Source: an uncultured bacterium
Lineage (GTDB): Bacteria; CSSED10-310; CAZUFC01
Assembly (NCBI GenBank): GCA_964619725.1
Contig: CAZUFC010000206.1
Span: forward strand, 1-10,512
DNA: 10,512 nucleotides
Direction: 5' to 3'
Of this stretch, positions 9,601-10,512 are shown piece by piece. Positions within the stretch are counted from its first letter, which is position 1. Each line of letters starts with the position of its first letter. The notes beneath the pieces are model-generated. The model did no database searches. It had not been told where the DNA came from and worked only from the letters and a program-made list of their open reading frames with translations. Position numbers and translations under genes: made by a program.

Positions 9601-10353
9601 GTTCATTTCGGTTATTTCAGATAAAAATGAACCTGACGAAGAAAGCCTCACGATCCTGTTGTTTGAGGTATCCGCCGCCCAACATGAACCGTCAGCAGGA
9701 TTAACAGATACATCATGGGGAAAATTGAAACCTCCCCTTCTCAAAATTTCCGTCGTTCCTGAAGGAGATAATTTGACTATCCGGTCATTACCGGAATCCG
9801 CCACCCAGCACGTGCCGTCAGAATTATTCACCGATACGGCAAGAGGATTGTTAAAACCGGATTTTACTCTGTGATTACCTGCATCACCGCTGACGTCATA
9901 TCCGTCCGGTATGACAGCTGACAGAGAATATATCTTCCCGCTTCCGGAATCAGCCGTCCAGACCACACCGTTGTCCTGGTTGACGGAAACATCATTGGGA
10001 TAATTGAATCCGCTTATGCGTATATGATGGCCGGTACAGATTCCGACGTCGTATCCGTCTGGAACGTCAGGCAACAGCTTCACTACTGAATGACTGTTCC
10101 AATCCGCTATCCATACCTCGCCGGTATTTTCATTCACATCCACCGATCGGGGATACGAAAATCCCGTGACTCGGACCTGTTCCTCACCTTTCTCCGAAAT
10201 TTTAACTGTTTCGTGAGTATGATGACAGACTATCCAGACGCTGCCATCGCTGTTGTCCGCGCTTACCGCAATCGGTCCATTGCATAAATCAGACAAACGC
10301 AATTTTTCTTCGCCTGAAGACAACAATAGCTTGACGACGTCGTCAGCCTCCAT
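616..10353 (-). CDS. Giant multidomain extracellular/surface protein (NHL beta-propellers, 18 PKD domains, 4 MAM/jelly-roll-like domains, 3 C-terminal FlgD-Ig-like domains); 5'-incomplete
   Basis: Uninterrupted 3245-codon ORF with TAA at 616-618. Recurrent PKD motifs (Y[EQ]WDF[DNE]GDG...YxxxGxYxAxLxVTDxDG), NHL blade motifs (WVADxxNxxVVKL), FxDDFESG...STxGGxxW...WxIDDV domains and WDG[KT]xxxG-type FlgD-Ig motifs. The frame is also open upstream to 10503, so 10353 is only the first ATG. Confidence 0.95.
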   Translation of the reverse strand: MEADDVVKLLLSSGEEKLRLSDLCNGPIAVSADNSDGSVWIVCHHTHETVKISEKGEEQVRVTGFSYPRSVDVNENTGEVWIADWNSHSVVKLLPDVPDGYDVGICTGHHIRISGFNYPNDVSVNQDNGVVWTADSGSGKIYSLSAVIPDGYDVSGDAGNHRVKSGFNNPLAVSVNNSDGTCWVADSGNDRIVKLSPSGTTEILRRGGFNFPHDVSVNPADGSCWAADTSNNRIVRLSSSGSFLSEITEMNNPYSVSVDPRDGSCWVADYGHHEVVKIIVAGVEVLRSSGFYYPTSVEVYSSVPPTGAPSAAAQVYPIQVQTGETVNFHGTGTDSDGIIILYEWDFDGDGIYDWTSESTGITAFAYAESGIFNPAFRVTDDNYSTDEDYSQIVRVGILAAFADAVPAEGNAPLSVTFSGSFFDPVDGHIESYQWDFDGDGFYDFYQPAVQNTMTVDHVFSRYGIYDATLKITDTGNITATDTVTVEVLKSAPDATAQANPTGGPAPLLVELIGDGSDPDGIIVLYEWDFEDDGEYDWTSTTSEPLLHLYAEPGDYTARFRVTDNDGQTAEDALEIDAHGDAPSAFAEAAPVQGHAPLTVNFSGSGTDPDGYIELFQWDFDGDGEYDWSGQASGDVQHQYDQAGQYYAALTVTDNDDEQDTAYLFISVFPANYPVAVAQAEPEVTYINEEIALIGENSYDPDGTIELYEWSSDAPPAFREDCESGNSQWNLGSDWELTDQVYHSPAHCLRINSQKGQAENGKGADVLQMLSSLFAARSAYPPTAPANKAESLSFALNTGIAELMFFHRYSFTGDDSGHVDVSTDGGAHWTELIELTGTKTSWSKEEIMISEYTGYSATRIRFVFESGEPEINSLWNIDDITVLNLEWEYSSSIYPNTTTAYAEEGTYTAVLRVTDDDDNKNMDTTEITVELGAPQAVADALPDSGAVPLAVNLMGEDSYDPNGTIELYEWDYGNYSAFNDDYESGVSQWTLDENWELTTETFHSPVNCLKASSGARAGIKSKIMEVLYSSGDFLPKASALPPSGTSITAVSPLFETSPGPGKLRFYHKYTMENSVSGHIDISTNGGTDWHELMNISGNQSSWISAEIDISAYTGASDTCIRFRFIYEEPPAGEAWFIDDVTIRSSNWSHLSPNEPDAQAYYEEVGVYTAILRVTDDDGITDMDTICIEVDFGLPVAVAEASPQQGLTPLNVNLIGEYSYDPNGTIELYEWDYGTSQAFFDDFESGTYQWTLDAPWGLNTEICRSPTHSLFSYSENTHQKRNLASVIFDPLSATCSAPPPTGTSASATSMAFNLPAGPASLKFFNQRILADGDSCQVDISTDNGASWTELAYYSENCDYWILEQIDVTGYSGCSETKISFKYVTFDFHAGYGWRLDDVSLTSTGWGYSSPDQPNTSTIYEQPGIFHAALRVTDDEGYSSTDNVLVKAQSMPAAEIYSPMPEDVLKRNENLFYGEGTDIDGTIALYEWDFNGDSEYDWNSTETGATIHNITDEGSWTAYFRVTDNEGLTYTTFVEYSVELFPPVIASFSAEPEEGNVPLWVNFDVQAYDTDGNITQYQWDWDGNGTYDETTQHNDPSHFYMIPDIYEPRVKTIDDDFLEAEEIVTIRLKPVGYPNASAQAVPAYGYVGQILDFLGSGTDDGAIALYEWDFDGNGSYEWTSTISGVTTHAYEENGIFQAVLRVTDDDGYQDTDTTILYIDYASYGAESVWVTNKYGEKYSHKTNPKNCSPLFEHTVRTKKTAAPPTGTDTGKVDRYSGGVWQWETGDFNDPRGISCDPVDESVWVADCMNNQVVKLGASGNEVFRLDGFEEPWDTGVFHADGSCWVTDRQHNQVVLLDSQGQELQRVDGFDNPLWLDVDQSDGSVWVADHGANAVVKLAVDGTETARLNTFLHPVGIAVNQSDGACWAADRDNDSLVLIAADGSSELMRIPGFECPHAVAADPDNGAWVSDLDKNSIYHISNDGTFISETEFGDAYGLVQDMSSLNVWAVDHSNHSLSKLSSGGNILMNFPEIFYPWDLDLLPGFTQADEPPLAFASADPLAGDSPLNVSFSGTGTDNGYITTYQWDFNADGVWDFTSSVNGAADHTYDTPGIYNPVFRVTDDQGLHGFVSSILIRTGPIQIWSEASPATGNAPLTVTFDGGGSTPYGDGRIHSFQWDFEGDGIFDWTSESGAHVNHDFLSGNYTPVLELTDSESNKAFSIPATITVSKSLPASSLWVSPSSGQNPLMTAMHGNHSSDPDGFIVFWEYDYDGDGTFDYGSETDSGVEYTYTGVGDYNLTLRVTDNDNLNDTTSTEITVVNSPPEAHANAAPQVGNAPLEVTFNGVGIDFEAPVALYEWDFGDQFVFYDDFESGVDQWILESTWGLTETECHSPSHSLTNFVDKYEEEKSQSLFEPKMFDKLKPESSAPPPTGTVTTVESTSFEIPAGTAMLKFISKYNFQSGIHGSASISTNGGTDWIQLETYQGMQASWTASVIDISVYSGQSETRIRFSLSSFSPVMEQVWHIDDVCVIGITWAYASAENGDTQHTYLSPNHYTAMLRVTDEDGLTDTDTANIEVRPCGAPTALAYAHPVKGGIPLTVEFEGTGHDPDGEIILYQWDFDGNGDWDCSSSETGAAAHTYSDGGVYEAFFQITDDDLLKDDDSVLISVGMPVALPLTYPRSGPAPLTVQFVCNGHDPDGTIEYFYWDFDGDGIDDYSSPITSAINYEYEDCDIYEARLTVLDNDGLSDSAIIEIEAYTQSDSAPSAYADASVFTGPPPLNVFFTGYGSDFDGTIELFEWDFNGDGQYDWNSSFQGDVLHTYENAGDYHAVFQVTDNDLLSGTAALWINVNPPGSPTALADADPKTGIAPLTVTFMGEGTDTDGNIELFEWDFLGDGTYDWSSTETGSVFFIFTEPGTYEPTLRVTDDDDLTDTDRILLDVDLGLTAHRSTEIFDPTVGQTMTIESSLSGTSTITMKIINRKGEHIRTLVDDESRTPGYYSDVWNGKNDNENFVASGVYFFIIEYTVGGKTYRLDTTGSAGQQIFPTVTYSSAYNPLEDDYLTATFTLDTPAEITTYVSPYSGGTGERIKTIHTRKPFRSGPRVITWDGTADNGAVAPFDSSYVMAVLMWALSDNAVIAACDPVIDDVSVEPNFFTPQNPNQLEPSTPCKFTYTLSKSSDIIVSVRDQNNLLVNEYMLTGISQGEKTFYWDGKGYNDRLMIDGMYCIGFRAEDPFGNVSEKVHAIMKVFY
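619..1538 (-). other. Three tandem FlgD-Ig-like domains at the C-terminus
   Basis: Each has an F[DT]P/YNP start, a strand such as IINRKGEHIRTL, and a W[ND]G[KT]xxx...Y motif. Trp codons at 1357-1359, 1048-1050 and 739-741 are spaced exactly 309 nt apart. Confidence 0.75.
1541..2625 (-). other. PKD domains 15-18
   Basis: WDFxGxG cores with Trp codons at 2512-2514, 2248-2250, 1969-1971 and 1696-1698. Confidence 0.9.
2630..3399 (-). other. Fourth split PKD with inserted MAM/jelly-roll-like domain (insert about 2776-3270)
   Basis: LYEWDFGD-QFVFYDDFESG...HSPSHSL...ISTNGGTDW...WHIDDVCV, then the PKD resumes (W...HTY...YTAMLRVTDEDG). Confidence 0.85.
3400..4215 (-). other. PKD domains 11-13
   Basis: Cores WDFNADG (4108-4110), WDFEGDG (3835-3837) and WEYDYDGDG (3568-3570). 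Confidence 0.88.
4240..5190 (-). other. Beta-propeller 2 (7 NHL-like blades; blade 1 carries a ~33-aa insertion)
   Basis: Blades VWVTN, VWVAD, CWVTD, VWVAD, CWAAD, AWVSD and VWAVD, with closing strand FYPWDLDLL. Confidence 0.85.
5200..6009 (-). other. PKD domains 8-10
   Basis: WDFNGD, WDWDGNG and WDFDGNG cores with Trp codons at 5899-5901, 5626-5628 and 5359-5361. Confidence 0.88.
6010..8340 (-). repeat. Tandem triplication (780-nt / 260-aa period) of a PKD domain split by a MAM/jelly-roll-like domain
   Basis: The GExSYDPxGTIELYEW Trp codons at 8227-8229, 7447-7449 and 6667-6669 are exactly 780 nt apart. 7441-7506 and 6661-6726 differ at 7 of 66 nt. Inserted domains lie at about 7711-8205, 6931-7425 and 6160-6645. 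Confidence 0.88.
8341..9432 (-). other. PKD domains 1-4
   Basis: WDF[DE][GD]DG cores with Trp codons at 9322-9324, 9052-9054, 8773-8775 and 8503-8505, spaced about 90 aa apart. Confidence 0.9.
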
Positions 10354-10374
10354 GTCGCCGACCCATAAGTATAG
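9451..10374 (-). other. Beta-propeller 1 (7 NHL-like blades)
   Basis: Blades LWVGD, VWIVC, VWIAD, VWTAD, CWVAD, CWAAD and CWVAD, each linked by GFxxPxxVxVN-like segments, with closing strand FYYPTSVEVY. Confidence 0.85.
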
Positions 10375-10460
10375 TCCCCGCCCCGTATAACCGAAATTCT
10401 TCGTCAGTATCTGAAGATCAAGATCATCGACGTATCCGTCTTTGTTTAAATCAGCATCCG
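10354..10460 (-). other. In-frame upstream coding extension of the giant gene, containing one dockerin-type EF-hand repeat (10390-10458) and the start of propeller blade 1
   Basis: Manual in-frame translation gives DADLNKDGYVDDLDLQILTKNFGYTGRGLYLWVGD-MEADDVVKL. DLNKDGYVDDLD fits the 12-residue Ca-binding loop (D1,N3,D5,D9,D12) and is followed by LxILxxNFG, typical of dockerin repeats. LWVGDMEADDVVKL matches the other blades. Confidence 0.85.
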
Positions 10461-10512
10461 TGTCTTTCCGGCAAGCGTGCTTAACAATCCCTGCCCGCCG
10501 TGGCTATCATTG
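10461..10512. mobile_element. Candidate end of an insertion sequence (or chimeric contig end) interrupting the giant gene
   Basis: Dockerin similarity stops abruptly at about 10460. Beyond it the frame reads PRRAGIVKHACRKDT and hits TAG/TGA at 10504-10509, with no ATG/GTG/TTG. The segment starts (G)TGTCTTTCC on the + strand and contains a promoter-like motif. No transposase or second IR is visible. Confidence 0.35.
10481..10510 (+). promoter_or_regulatory. Sigma70-like promoter pointing out of the window
   Basis: TTAACA (10481-10486), an 18-nt spacer and TATCAT (10505-10510). Each hexamer matches TTGACA/TATAAT at 5 of 6 positions. Confidence 0.35.

Noticed and set aside
562-10287. About 20 short ORFs (60-142 aa) on the + strand or alternative - frames overlapping the giant gene
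   Set aside because: They are shadow ORFs of a strongly patterned coding frame, with no recognisable motifs.

Overview
The window is almost entirely one minus-strand gene (stop at 616-618) encoding a giant (>3245 aa), acidic, modular, probably extracellular protein. N-to-C architecture read from the translation: partial dockerin/EF-hand repeat - 7-bladed NHL-type beta-propeller - 4 PKD - 3x [PKD split by an inserted MAM/jelly-roll-like domain] - 3 PKD - second 7-bladed propeller - 3 PKD - 1x [split PKD::MAM-like] - 4 PKD - 3 FlgD-Ig-like domains. That is 18 PKD domains, 4 of them split. The ATG at 10353 is probably not the native start: the frame stays open upstream through the first propeller blade and a dockerin repeat, then changes to apparently unrelated sequence at about 10460 (candidate IS end with a promoter-like motif). 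The most unusual feature is a ~30-aa variable loop ending in [S/T]A-x-PP[T/S][G/A], inserted five times into two unrelated folds, plus a sixth bare VPPTG in a linker. These may be internal processing, transpeptidation or modification sites. The left 600 bp holds part of a probable interspersed repeat, a possibly frameshifted small ORF and a perfect 16-bp palindrome. All domain calls come from motif recognition, not database searches.
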